DNA of 64,000 bases. Origin: a virus (Duplodnaviria; Caudoviricetes). Shown piece after piece: positions 39,351-48,642 of this stretch (its first letter is position 1; each line of letters starts with the position of its first letter). Location of the stretch: IMG/VR virus record IMGVR_UViG_3300033067_001743, positions 1 through 64,000 of that record; one strand, 5' to 3'. The notes below the pieces were generated by a model, which did no database searches, was not told the DNA's origin, and saw only the letters and a list, made by a program, of their open reading frames with translations. Both the position numbers and the translations under genes were made by a program.

Positions 39351-40666
39351 TATTCTGCTTTCTTTAGTTGTGGTAATTTTAATACTCTTGGTGTTGTTGC
39401 TATTTCTTCAAAACAGCCATATCTATCCAAAATATCTTTTAGTTTTTCAGTCATTTTCTCAAAGGAAAAGTTATCTGATGTATATTTTGGATGTTTGCGG
39501 CTTCTAACTAAGAATTTTTCATAGTTCTCAAACATGTCATTCATAAGTTGAGCAGCATATGGGTAACTAACTTGGAACCATTCTGAATCCGTTATCCATT
39601 CATTTTGTGCCGAACGATCAATTTTAATCATTTTACCGGGAAGTAGTTCTGAAAAATCTGGGTTCAAGAAATCAACTGGTCCTGAGTAGTTTGGTGCTAT
39701 TACAGGTTTTCCAGTAGAAGTGAATTCAAGTAGTGGCAATCCAAATCCTTCTCCGTGTGTAAAAGATACCATTGCTGAAATTTTTGGATGATTATACAAT
39801 TCATTCATTTCTTGTTCAGTTAGGTCTCCATTCAAAACATAAACATTTGGGAATTTTCCATTAAACCCTTGCTCTCTAAACATGTCTTGAATCTGTCGAA
39901 CCTTATCAATGATTTGATCTCGCTCAGTTATAGAAAATCCTGCACCAGAAGATTTTAGAACCAAGGCTGGACGGTTCTTTTTATTTTTAAATGTATTGAA
40001 GAATGTGTGAACCAACATACCAACGTCTTTCCTATCATGTCCAAGTTGAGCATTTATCCAGTGACCAACAAATAAGTAAGAAAAGGGTTCTTCAATCATC
40101 TTATTCAACTGATCTGTCAAGTCTGACTTTACAATAGTTTTTTTATTGTATATTGTTGTATCTAATCCTTCAAATAAAACTTCAATTGGTTTATTTACTT
40201 GTAATGTTCCATTCGCATTTTTAGTTACTTTATCAATACTCAAGTGTTGCGTTTGCATTGCAACCTGTTTAGTAAACTCACTTGGTACTATACACATATC
40301 AACTCTATTCATTCCTTCAACCATATTAACAGGTAAAAGACTTGCTTCTGATAATGCACTGATTCCAAATGACTTTTTTCCTATTCTTTGAAATTCTGGT
40401 GGTATTGTTATGTGAATACTCACATCAGGTTCACTATCAATCCTGTTATTAGGTAGCAATAAGTTCATCAATTCAACATCTTCTGGATTGCTGGGGCTTA
40501 ATGCTGTTAATGGGGTTCCCCCCCACTTTATTGATATAAGTTTAATATCATACTTTTCAACCACTTCTGGTATTGCTAACAAAGACTTTATGATCAGTCT
40601 TGAGTGTTGGCCATAACCTGACCTCGATTGAAATGGGGAAATAACTACAAGGCTCTTTTTGCTCAT
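39350..40666 (-). CDS. GT4 glycosyltransferase
   Basis: SRSGYG, RKD, GEGFGLPLLE...GKPVIA. Confidence 0.9.
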   Translation of the reverse strand: MSKKSLVVISPFQSRSGYGQHSRLIIKSLLAIPEVVEKYDIKLISIKWGGTPLTALSPSNPEDVELMNLLLPNNRIDSEPDVSIHITIPPEFQRIGKKSFGISALSEASLLPVNMVEGMNRVDMCIVPSEFTKQVAMQTQHLSIDKVTKNANGTLQVNKPIEVLFEGLDTTIYNKKTIVKSDLTDQLNKMIEEPFSYLFVGHWINAQLGHDRKDVGMLVHTFFNTFKNKKNRPALVLKSSGAGFSITERDQIIDKVRQIQDMFREQGFNGKFPNVYVLNGDLTEQEMNELYNHPKISAMVSFTHGEGFGLPLLEFTSTGKPVIAPNYSGPVDFLNPDFSELLPGKMIKIDRSAQNEWITDSEWFQVSYPYAAQLMNDMFENYEKFLVRSRKHPKYTSDNFSFEKMTEKLKDILDRYGCFEEIATTPRVLKLPQLKKAE

Positions 40667-41070
40667 TAAAATATATATTTTTTATTTATAAAATCTTCTG
40701 CTAAGATGTATTTTTTTGGTTGTTGCAAGTTATTAAGTGTTTTTAAAAAAGACATCAATTTTTCTTGATTTAGTTTAAATGATCTGGCATGATATTCACT
40801 CTCAAGAAACTCTAATGATATGATATTTACCCTTGCTGTTATTCCACCAATTTTATCCATAAATTTCTGTAATGATTCCTGTAAAAAATCTTTATAATCA
40901 TCTCCAATATTAAAACTTGCCAAATGGGTACTACTTTCTCCACCTTCACCTCTAATCATAACAGCATATGTTCTATTGTTTCCATAATCATTATATAGAA
41001 CATAATCTGTTTCTATTAAAAATTCTATTTTAAGATGCTCATTAGGTGTTAACTCTATTATTTTTTTCAT
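40666..41070 (-). CDS. hypothetical protein
   Basis: 134-aa ORF. Confidence 0.55.
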   Translation of the reverse strand: MKKIIELTPNEHLKIEFLIETDYVLYNDYGNNRTYAVMIRGEGGESSTHLASFNIGDDYKDFLQESLQKFMDKIGGITARVNIISLEFLESEYHARSFKLNQEKLMSFLKTLNNLQQPKKYILAEDFINKKYIF

Positions 41071-41088
41071 ATTTTATAAATTTTCTAC

Positions 41089-41520
41089 TTATATATTTGT
41101 TAAGTCGTTTACAATTTTATTCACTCTATCCTCTACTGTTGGAATTGTCAACTTTTTTTCAAGTTCCTTAATCTCTCTTTTTAGTTTTGAGATTTTTTCT
41201 CTTGTTGCCTTTTCTTTTTGTCGTTTAAGTAGATCATCAATTAATTTTTCTGTTTCTATTAACATATAATTTTCAAACCCTAATCGTTCTTTCAACTCTT
41301 CATTAGTCAAATACTTTTGAAGTACTTTTAGATCAATTATATCATCAAATGCAGTTTCGTCTATTTTCTTATAAAGTGGATCACTATTTTTTAGTGATCC
41401 TGTATTTTTATATAGATAACTGTCTTCTACAAAAACATTAATTGGAGATACAAACTCTTTGTTAAACTCATCAGGATCATCTTCGTAGTATTTATAATAT
41501 TCTTCTGGATTTTTTACCAT
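41089..41520 (-). CDS. hypothetical protein
   Basis: 143-aa ORF with coiled coil. Confidence 0.55.
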   Translation of the reverse strand: MVKNPEEYYKYYEDDPDEFNKEFVSPINVFVEDSYLYKNTGSLKNSDPLYKKIDETAFDDIIDLKVLQKYLTNEELKERLGFENYMLIETEKLIDDLLKRQKEKATREKISKLKREIKELEKKLTIPTVEDRVNKIVNDLTNI

Positions 41521-43022
41521 AATGTAATTCCCATGTATCCCATATTAACTGTTGGAGATATTTTTATTATTTCATATCTTGGTCTTGGCTTGTATGCCTT
41601 AAATAAGGTTTCTAAGCCACTTTTAAAACCTTTGCACATATTTACACTGCCCATACCACTTTCTTCGCTTATAACCCATTCTCTGCCTTCCAGCCCACGT
41701 TTTTCCCTGTCTTCTTTGGTTAGTTTGTAAACTTCCATCAATCGTTCGGCTCCATCTTCTGCATCACAAACATCATCAAAAATATATGGAGTAGGAATTG
41801 AACCTTGTAACTGTCTTGCTCGTGGAAAAATTGGAAATGCCCAATTTCCATGATCTTTATATTTACCCCTTGAGTTAGTTGCGAATTCAGGACTAAATTC
41901 TATCCATTTACCATCTTCATCTGTGAACCTCATTTGGTCTTGAAGTCCACCTGTAACAGGTGCTATGATTGGAGTCCCGGTTAGTAAACTTTCATTTGCT
42001 GCTAATCCAAATCCTTCAGCAGATGACATAAACATTGTAACATCAGATAAATTATAAAACCAATTCAGTACACTTGTTGGTAATTGTTCCTGATTAAACA
42101 AAACTCTATAGTTTGGACATATTGCTTTCTTTACTGCTAAAAGGTCTGTACCATTTTCGTCTTGAATGTGGGTTTTCATTAGAAGGCAACATTTCTTTGC
42201 TTGTTCTTTTGGTAATGTATCACAGAATAATTTATAAGCCAGTATAACATCTCCCGGCTGTTTTCTACGAATATTCCTGCTGTTATAAAACACAACAAAA
42301 TCAATGTTATTTGGTTTTAGGAAATTATCTCTAAACTGAATATACTCTTTCCAATCAGGCGATTCTTCTGTTTCTTTGTAGAAATATTTTTCTGTTGAAC
42401 CATGAGGAAGGTACTTTAACAACACACCTTTAAGTTCTTGGCCATTTTCTAATTTATCTAAATCAGTATAATCTGTATTGTTGTACTTTAAACACTCAGA
42501 ATTTACAACCTTTGTACCTTTATTAATGGAAAATAACATATCACAAGATGAATATGCGCTTGAATTCCACAATGGAATAATGTGAGAATCCCATATGTTT
42601 ACATAAACTAATGGAATTTTATATTCCGATCTAAGTTCATGTTCCATGTAAAATAACCATCCCCAAAACCTTGGGTCTGTAATGAAAACAATTGCATCTG
42701 GTTTCTCATATGCAATAACCTCTCTCAAAACATCAGGAGTTCCGTAACCAGAGTGAGCATACAACATTACATTTGCATCTTCAACTCCTGTTTCGTTCCT
42801 AATATCTTGAGAAAGGTCTATTTTTTTTCCGTGTTCTGGGTGATTTAAGGCTGCGCCCAATTGTACCCAATCATATTTATCTACTGATCCTACTACTAAC
42901 TCTCTACTGATTGTACTAATTCCTGATTGAAATCTAATATCATCTCCAAGTAGTAATATTTTTTGTTTCTTCTGTGTATCCGAACTTAATTTTCGGAGTT
43001 TTGGAAGGTTAATTTGATTCAA
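41514..43022 (-). CDS. GT4 glycosyltransferase
   Basis: KILLLGDD...SG, RNIRRK, AEGFGLAANES..GTPIIA..TGG. Confidence 0.9.
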   Translation of the reverse strand: MNQINLPKLRKLSSDTQKKQKILLLGDDIRFQSGISTISRELVVGSVDKYDWVQLGAALNHPEHGKKIDLSQDIRNETGVEDANVMLYAHSGYGTPDVLREVIAYEKPDAIVFITDPRFWGWLFYMEHELRSEYKIPLVYVNIWDSHIIPLWNSSAYSSCDMLFSINKGTKVVNSECLKYNNTDYTDLDKLENGQELKGVLLKYLPHGSTEKYFYKETEESPDWKEYIQFRDNFLKPNNIDFVVFYNSRNIRRKQPGDVILAYKLFCDTLPKEQAKKCCLLMKTHIQDENGTDLLAVKKAICPNYRVLFNQEQLPTSVLNWFYNLSDVTMFMSSAEGFGLAANESLLTGTPIIAPVTGGLQDQMRFTDEDGKWIEFSPEFATNSRGKYKDHGNWAFPIFPRARQLQGSIPTPYIFDDVCDAEDGAERLMEVYKLTKEDREKRGLEGREWVISEESGMGSVNMCKGFKSGLETLFKAYKPRPRYEIIKISPTVNMGYMGITLW

Positions 43023-43098
43023 GTTTTCACCTCTTCTCTTTTTTTATTTATTATGCAGGTATATTTTCTTTTCTGCCATTGTTTTTTAATTTTTGTGT

Positions 43099-43353
43099 TT
43101 ACCAACTGATTCGTGTTACTATTACATCATTACTATTTTTAAATGTATCGAACCTAAAACCAGCAGTACCAAGTCTTGATTGACAAAGCGGCTCCATGTT
43201 CCCATTAAACTCTATTGATGAATTTGAACTATTTCTTGCAGCAAGAAGTTTATCCAGTACCTCATCATAGGTGTGTGTTTTTATTAAAAGTGAGTGTTCG
43301 CCTAATAAAGCCTTTAGGCTTCTATCTAGCCTCTGTTGTGTATCTGTTTGCAT
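43099..43353 (-). CDS. hypothetical protein
   Basis: 84-aa ORF. Confidence 0.55.
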   Translation of the reverse strand: MQTDTQQRLDRSLKALLGEHSLLIKTHTYDEVLDKLLAARNSSNSSIEFNGNMEPLCQSRLGTAGFRFDTFKNSNDVIVTRISW

Positions 43354-43379
43354 TTTTTCCTTTAACTATCTAAAATTTA

Positions 43380-43784
43380 TTAAATGAATACCACTGGGAT
43401 ATTCTTTTTTTCTGCTTTTTTCCTAATGTTGTCATAAAGATTCCAGTCTAAATCAGATTGTGCTGAACCTATTACAAGTCTATCAGTTCGAATCAACATT
43501 TCCTGATAACGATGTGGAATGTGACTTGGATGTTTTCCTTTGCCAAAATACTCTTTTGGTAAAAAAGAATACATATTGTGACCTGTATAACTTGGATTAA
43601 ATTCCTTGTATGGTAGATCAAACTCAAGTGAAAACTTTTTTACATCATACTCAATTCCAGTTAGATTCCCACCACTAAAAATAGTGGCAGTATCACTAAA
43701 TGTTTTCTTCACTTGAAAAAGAAATTCCTTAACCTTAGTTGTGTAGTTGGTGTCAACACCTCCTATTATTCCAATTCTGTACAT
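43380..43784 (-). CDS. SLOG/YspA-like protein
   Basis: RIGIIGG, IFSGG..GIE, AEKKNIPVV. Confidence 0.55.
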   Translation of the reverse strand: MYRIGIIGGVDTNYTTKVKEFLFQVKKTFSDTATIFSGGNLTGIEYDVKKFSLEFDLPYKEFNPSYTGHNMYSFLPKEYFGKGKHPSHIPHRYQEMLIRTDRLVIGSAQSDLDWNLYDNIRKKAEKKNIPVVFI

Positions 43785-44734
43785 TATAGTGTTATTCTAT
43801 TTTCTATTGGACAAACTTCAAAATTATCTTTGAATTCACAAAAACGGCAATTAAATCCATTTCTACCTGTTATGGCTCTAAATGGATATAATTCGTTGTA
43901 AGAGCCATCTGGTAGAAAACAAGCATCTAAAAACTTCTGGAATTCCTTTTGTACTTGATTCCTTGATATTGAGCCTTGACTTGGTGAAAAGGTTTGGACT
44001 CTTTTTTGAGGGTATAATGAATCTTCATCCAATTTCCTCTTCAATATAATATAACTTCCTTCAATGTCTTCCACTGGAATGTCATACTGTTTGGCAAAGT
44101 ATATTTTATACAAAATAACTTGTGAAGTTTTAACCTTATCTTCCTTATCCCACTTCTTCCAACCCGCCTTTGAAGTTTTTAAATCTGGCATTGTTATCTT
44201 ACCATTATTTTTATCCTGAAATACAATATCAAGATACCCCATCAAATAAACATTAGGTTTTGTTTGATCTGGTACAACTAATAATGGTAATTCCGTTCCA
44301 ATTAAATTGGTATTCTTCCTGTCAAAGTAGGATGCTCTATTCTTTCTCAAATACTCCAATGTCAATAGTCCATCAGCAGCAAATTCCCCCAATTCTGACT
44401 GAGTAGAAAAATGCTTTCCCATCTTTTCCACTTCTATCATGTACTGTTCTCTTAACTCCGTAAACAAAAGACTTTTAAAGTCTAATGCATCTGCCTCTTT
44501 AACTGTACTTGTAAAAAGTACTTGTAACCAATGTTGAACAACATTATGAATTGCTGTTCCAAATACAGTGTGAATTGTGCCTTGTTTGTCTTTTAATCTG
44601 TCAATATGGCACAATTTCCAATAATGTTCGCACTTTTTAAACGATGAAAACTGAGAGTATGATACAAATTTAGCGTTCTCAGGTTTCTCTATATTCAAAT
44701 TGAATTTGGGGTCAATCGTGAATGATGCCTTCAT
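43784..44734 (-). CDS. PD-(D/E)xK (Cas4/RecB-like) exonuclease
   Basis: SYSQ...C, FGTAIH, GYLD, DLKTS, CRFC...C. Confidence 0.85.
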   Translation of the reverse strand: MKASFTIDPKFNLNIEKPENAKFVSYSQFSSFKKCEHYWKLCHIDRLKDKQGTIHTVFGTAIHNVVQHWLQVLFTSTVKEADALDFKSLLFTELREQYMIEVEKMGKHFSTQSELGEFAADGLLTLEYLRKNRASYFDRKNTNLIGTELPLLVVPDQTKPNVYLMGYLDIVFQDKNNGKITMPDLKTSKAGWKKWDKEDKVKTSQVILYKIYFAKQYDIPVEDIEGSYIILKRKLDEDSLYPQKRVQTFSPSQGSISRNQVQKEFQKFLDACFLPDGSYNELYPFRAITGRNGFNCRFCEFKDNFEVCPIENRITL

Positions 44735-44750
44735 TATTTATTTTTAAATG

Positions 44751-45017
44751 TTAAAAATTTGCTTCTTCATTTGCTTTTAGAAGTTTCCTTATTTTCTTAT
44801 CAAACTTCTTTTTAACTTGTAAATACTGCAATGGATACTTGTTTTTGAAAATCTCTTCAATTTCTGCGGCTGTTTTTTCTTCTCCAATATACTCAAAAAC
44901 CATTTCTATAGTTGTAGAAAATGGAAGTTCCCCTGAGCCAGTAGTTTCTGTATTTTTTACAATGTTACTGGAATCTTTAGTTGGGATATATTGATGATAA
45001 ACCTTATAATCTTTCAA
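44751..45017 (-). CDS. hypothetical protein
   Basis: TTG start with AAGGAG. Confidence 0.55.
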   Translation of the reverse strand: MKDYKVYHQYIPTKDSSNIVKNTETTGSGELPFSTTIEMVFEYIGEEKTAAEIEEIFKNKYPLQYLQVKKKFDKKIRKLLKANEEANF

Positions 45018-45026
45018 TTTAACTCC

Positions 45027-45305
45027 TTATTTAAAATCATCGCCTTTAAAGCCTTTAAAAGGTTTCTTAGGGTTTAAATCTTCAATTGGTGGAGTTACTA
45101 CAGGAACTTCAATAGTTGGAAAATCTATTGCTTTTTCCAAAACTGGAACTGCTTTAATTACAGGCTTTTCTACAGGTTTTGGCTCTTCATATTCTTTAAA
45201 GTGCCTGTCTTTTATTTCCTGTGGAAGTTTGTTGTATTCCCACTCTTCTATAATATCATTAGTTGGGTTTCTCTTCCATCCACGAATGCAAATGTATTTT
45301 TTCAA
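45027..45305 (-). CDS. hypothetical protein
   Basis: TTG start with AAGGAG; Pro-rich. Confidence 0.55.
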   Translation of the reverse strand: MKKYICIRGWKRNPTNDIIEEWEYNKLPQEIKDRHFKEYEEPKPVEKPVIKAVPVLEKAIDFPTIEVPVVTPPIEDLNPKKPFKGFKGDDFK

Positions 45306-45320
45306 AATTAATCTCCTTAT

Positions 45321-45632
45321 TTACAATATTAAACTACTTTTTGTTGTTGGTATTTCCTTCACTTCTGTCATATCAAACATTTCTTCAATGTCTTTCATAC
45401 CTTTAGGGAAGAATTGTTTTAATGGTGTGCCACAATCTGCACACTTAAAACATGGAATTGGTTGTACATAATCTTCTGGTGTTCCAGTTAATAGTTTAGA
45501 CCATTTCCTTAATATTACTGCCTCTTCAAAGAATACACCTTCACAGTTCTCACATTGAAATCCTGTGCTGTCTTCTAATTTTAGTGCAATTTGTTGTTGT
45601 ACTGGTGGTTTCATTGGTGCTTTATAACTCAT
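45321..45632 (-). CDS. Zn-ribbon protein
   Basis: CENC...CADCG. Confidence 0.65.
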   Translation of the reverse strand: MSYKAPMKPPVQQQIALKLEDSTGFQCENCEGVFFEEAVILRKWSKLLTGTPEDYVQPIPCFKCADCGTPLKQFFPKGMKDIEEMFDMTEVKEIPTTKSSLIL

Positions 45633-45868
45633 TAAACGTACCTCGCTGTTGCGTAAACCTGCTCCAATGCACTTAAAAAAGTGCGTTCGTCTATGTCTAC
45701 TCTATAATTAAATAATATTGGTGATCCTGACTCTCTTCTTATAAAACAGTCATTTTTTGGATTTAAGGGATTAATATAAACACATGTCCAAAATCTATTC
45801 TCATCATCTGATTTAACAATGCAATCAAAATCTTTTCCATGCACATTGTATTGTACTTTAAAATACAT
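45632..45868 (-). CDS. hypothetical protein
   Basis: 78-aa ORF. Confidence 0.5.
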   Translation of the reverse strand: MYFKVQYNVHGKDFDCIVKSDDENRFWTCVYINPLNPKNDCFIRRESGSPILFNYRVDIDERTFLSALEQVYATARYV

Positions 45869-46923
45869 TATTTCATACTATTTAAAATATTAACAAACCT
45901 TTTATTCCCATAATATAATTCTGTCAAAATATTTGCGTCTTCATATAATGACTGTTTCTCATCTTCATAATTTGACATAATACTTTTTACAAAATCTGAC
46001 ATTTGGAATCTATTCCTCAATAAGTATAAAAATTTATTATTTTTTGCTGATGACAAATCTCTAGGATAGTGATATTTACTTGGAAACATGTAATAATACA
46101 TGAGTTTATCTGGAACCATTGGGTATACTCCATTAATCATTGCCTCCCATAATACTACAGGATTTGCTTCTGCCTCTCTTCCGCAAAACACTGCCTTACT
46201 CTTTCTTAAAAGGTCTAAATACAACATCCGGTTGTTGTGATGTTCCTGAGCATATATAAATTTATACTCTGGCAATTCAACACTCAAACCTTGAAATACT
46301 TTAACTTGTAATTCACTGTTTATTTCATAAGGGAATAAAACTATATCATCCTTTTCCTTTTGAATGACTTTTTTCGTTACATATTCAAAAGGAAACCCTG
46401 TAATTTCCCAATTACCTTTTCTTTTAAGTCTTGGGTATTTGTTAAAATACAGGGTTGCCTGTTCTTCACATAAAAAACAATTCATGTCATAACTCTGAAA
46501 CAAAGAATGTTCAAATTCTCTACCCCAAGTCTTATACTTTCTCTTGAACCTTTGCCACATTGGACTTTCTTGGTTGAATAGAGCATTGCCCCAAAAACCA
46601 ATTAATTTAATGTCCATACCATACTCATCTTTGAAATAAGATAGTGGAACGGCTACAAAATTCCAAGCGTTAACAAATACAAATACATCCCCGTTCTTTA
46701 TTTCTCCACGGAGTATCATATCCATTATGGTTCGCAACTGAGTATTTTTGTAGTAAGTATCAGCCCACAAGAAAGAGTCATGTGATATATGACTTCCATC
46801 TATGATATTAACATCATAGTCATTAAAGTCATCATCCCTAAAACAATCCTTCCAGTAAGTTTCTATATGAACCTTCCTATTGTATTCAGTTACAACATGA
46901 ATTGTATTTTTTTGTTTAAGCAC
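45868..46923 (-). CDS. divergent GT-B glycosyltransferase
   Basis: GDVFVFVNAWN, TGFP, YLDLLRKSKAVF...VLWEAMINGVYPMVPD..Y. Confidence 0.6.
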   Translation of the reverse strand: MLKQKNTIHVVTEYNRKVHIETYWKDCFRDDDFNDYDVNIIDGSHISHDSFLWADTYYKNTQLRTIMDMILRGEIKNGDVFVFVNAWNFVAVPLSYFKDEYGMDIKLIGFWGNALFNQESPMWQRFKRKYKTWGREFEHSLFQSYDMNCFLCEEQATLYFNKYPRLKRKGNWEITGFPFEYVTKKVIQKEKDDIVLFPYEINSELQVKVFQGLSVELPEYKFIYAQEHHNNRMLYLDLLRKSKAVFCGREAEANPVVLWEAMINGVYPMVPDKLMYYYMFPSKYHYPRDLSSAKNNKFLYLLRNRFQMSDFVKSIMSNYEDEKQSLYEDANILTELYYGNKRFVNILNSMK

Positions 46924-47155
46924 CCTTCTTCTCCAAAGGATGATCTGCCCTGTCCGGTAATTCCATTATCTTTTCGATCTTGATCTCTGCAACAGAGGTC
47001 AATTCCCAATCAAAGGTAACACTTCCATATTCTTCATAAATTCGTGCTTCAATACCAGAAACTGATGAATCCTCCACTAGGAATTGTAAAGTTTTCTTTT
47101 TGATTGTGCCTTTGTCCGTTTCATGGGACTCTTTTACTTTCGCAATGTAATACAT
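46916..47155 (-). CDS. DUF4494-like protein
   Basis: YIAKVK...GTIKK...FLVEDSSVSGIEARIYEE; a family typical of Bacteroidota. Confidence 0.65.
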   Translation of the reverse strand: MYYIAKVKESHETDKGTIKKKTLQFLVEDSSVSGIEARIYEEYGSVTFDWELTSVAEIKIEKIMELPDRADHPLEKKGA

Positions 47156-47633
47156 GTTGTGTTGTTTAAATTGATTTTAAATATTGTTCAAATTTTTCTG
47201 CCCACCTTATGACTATATCATGGTCATGGTTGCAGAACTTTATTTTCCCAGTTAATGCCCTTGCTGCTGCTTTTAAAGCAATAACCTTTATTAACTCGTC
47301 CTTTGTTAGTTGGTCCATTATTTTCCAGTTTCTAAAAATTTCAATAATCTTCCGGCTATGTTCAAGACATCAGCAAATGCCATATCTTTCCCAGCCACAT
47401 TGTTTGCGTGTACTATTTGAAATGCTAAATTGAGGCATTGCATTCTCATTGCTTGGATGTTCTCTGTTTCCATGTTCTTTTAAATTTTTGTTTTGTGTCT
47501 AAAAATTTTACCATCTCGATGAACTATCATATAGTTATCAGTTATTGCTGTTTTTCTCCAATACTTAATCCAACCTGTTAAAGTTGGAACTATTTCATTT
47601 TGATCACAGTCAATTTTGTAAAATGTTAATAGG

Positions 47634-47843
47634 TCATTTATTGGTATCCACTTTTTCATATGGTTTATTTTCTTTTATGTATTTCATTGCATATGGAAAA
47701 TGTACTCCAATTGAATGAAAATGTTGAAGTGCTTTGAATTTTTTTGTGTTGAATCGGTTCCACCAAGTTATTTTTAATACTTGGCTCCATGATGCATTCT
47801 CTGAAATCCATTCTAAAAATTCATTTGTTGTTTTAGTGTTCAT
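47634..47843 (-). CDS. hypothetical protein
   Basis: 69-aa ORF; further short ORFs (~50-59 aa) fill the gap down to 47156. Confidence 0.5.
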   Translation of the reverse strand: MNTKTTNEFLEWISENASWSQVLKITWWNRFNTKKFKALQHFHSIGVHFPYAMKYIKENKPYEKVDTNK

Positions 47844-48597
47844 AGTTTTTTAATTTACAATTATCAAAATGATGAACTTTCATCCCTTGAAAGCCCCCTA
47901 TTTTATTGCAATGAGGGCAGGTTAATGTTTTACCTTTAAGTGCTTTCCAAGGAGCATTATGCCGACCTATGCCTAAACTATACCCCATATTTAAGTAACG
48001 ATCTACCACATTCTCTTCTACAAATACTGTCTCTCCGTTTAAATTAAGTGCTTTCTTACCTTGAGTAGTAGAGCCAAGTCTTCCAATATGCCACCCAATA
48101 GGTATAGATTTTTCCACTGGAAAGTATTTTTCTTTATCTCCATTGTTTATCCAATGCCTTAAAGTTGTATCTTCTATCCTACCAAGTTTCCAGCCTTGCT
48201 CAAAATACCAATCAAGTTCAAAAGGTCTTACTCGCTTCACAGCCAATGTTTCTGGATGTATTATGAATTTGCTCCCTGTCCTAACCTCTGTAAAAGCCTT
48301 AGAACAAGCCATTTTTCCCTCTGCATAGGCTCTTGAAGAAACTTTGTAAATACCAAGTCTAGTAGTACACATCATCTGAAATGCAAATGCTCTTGATGAC
48401 GATTTAGGATTATCTCTATACAATAACCAATGAGCAATAAAATGCTCTCTTGGTAATAATCTAACTAAATTAGATTCATCATCAATCCCACCTTCTCCTC
48501 TTGGTATTACATGATGAAGTTCTGTATATTGTTTGTTGTCTAATTTTTGGCTTTTTCTCTTTTCAATTAAGGCATCATATATTTTTTTGTAGTTCAT
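47833..48597 (-). CDS. HNH homing endonuclease (Mob/SegD-like)
   Basis: MNYKKIYDALI...ELHHVIPRGEGG.DDESNLVRL..REHFIAHWLL; repeated W..GR DNA-binding modules; CPHC. Confidence 0.88.
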   Translation of the reverse strand: MNYKKIYDALIEKRKSQKLDNKQYTELHHVIPRGEGGIDDESNLVRLLPREHFIAHWLLYRDNPKSSSRAFAFQMMCTTRLGIYKVSSRAYAEGKMACSKAFTEVRTGSKFIIHPETLAVKRVRPFELDWYFEQGWKLGRIEDTTLRHWINNGDKEKYFPVEKSIPIGWHIGRLGSTTQGKKALNLNGETVFVEENVVDRYLNMGYSLGIGRHNAPWKALKGKTLTCPHCNKIGGFQGMKVHHFDNCKLKNYEH

Positions 48598-48642
48598 TAG
48601 TGTCCATCCTTTTTACATAAATATGATGGGCATTTAAAAAAC

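Noticed and set aside
7913-46923. Bacterial O-antigen/capsule locus or prophage cargo
   Set aside because: No flippase, polymerase, exporter, integrase or housekeeping synteny; the genes are interleaved with phage-type small ORFs and share the same site avoidance.
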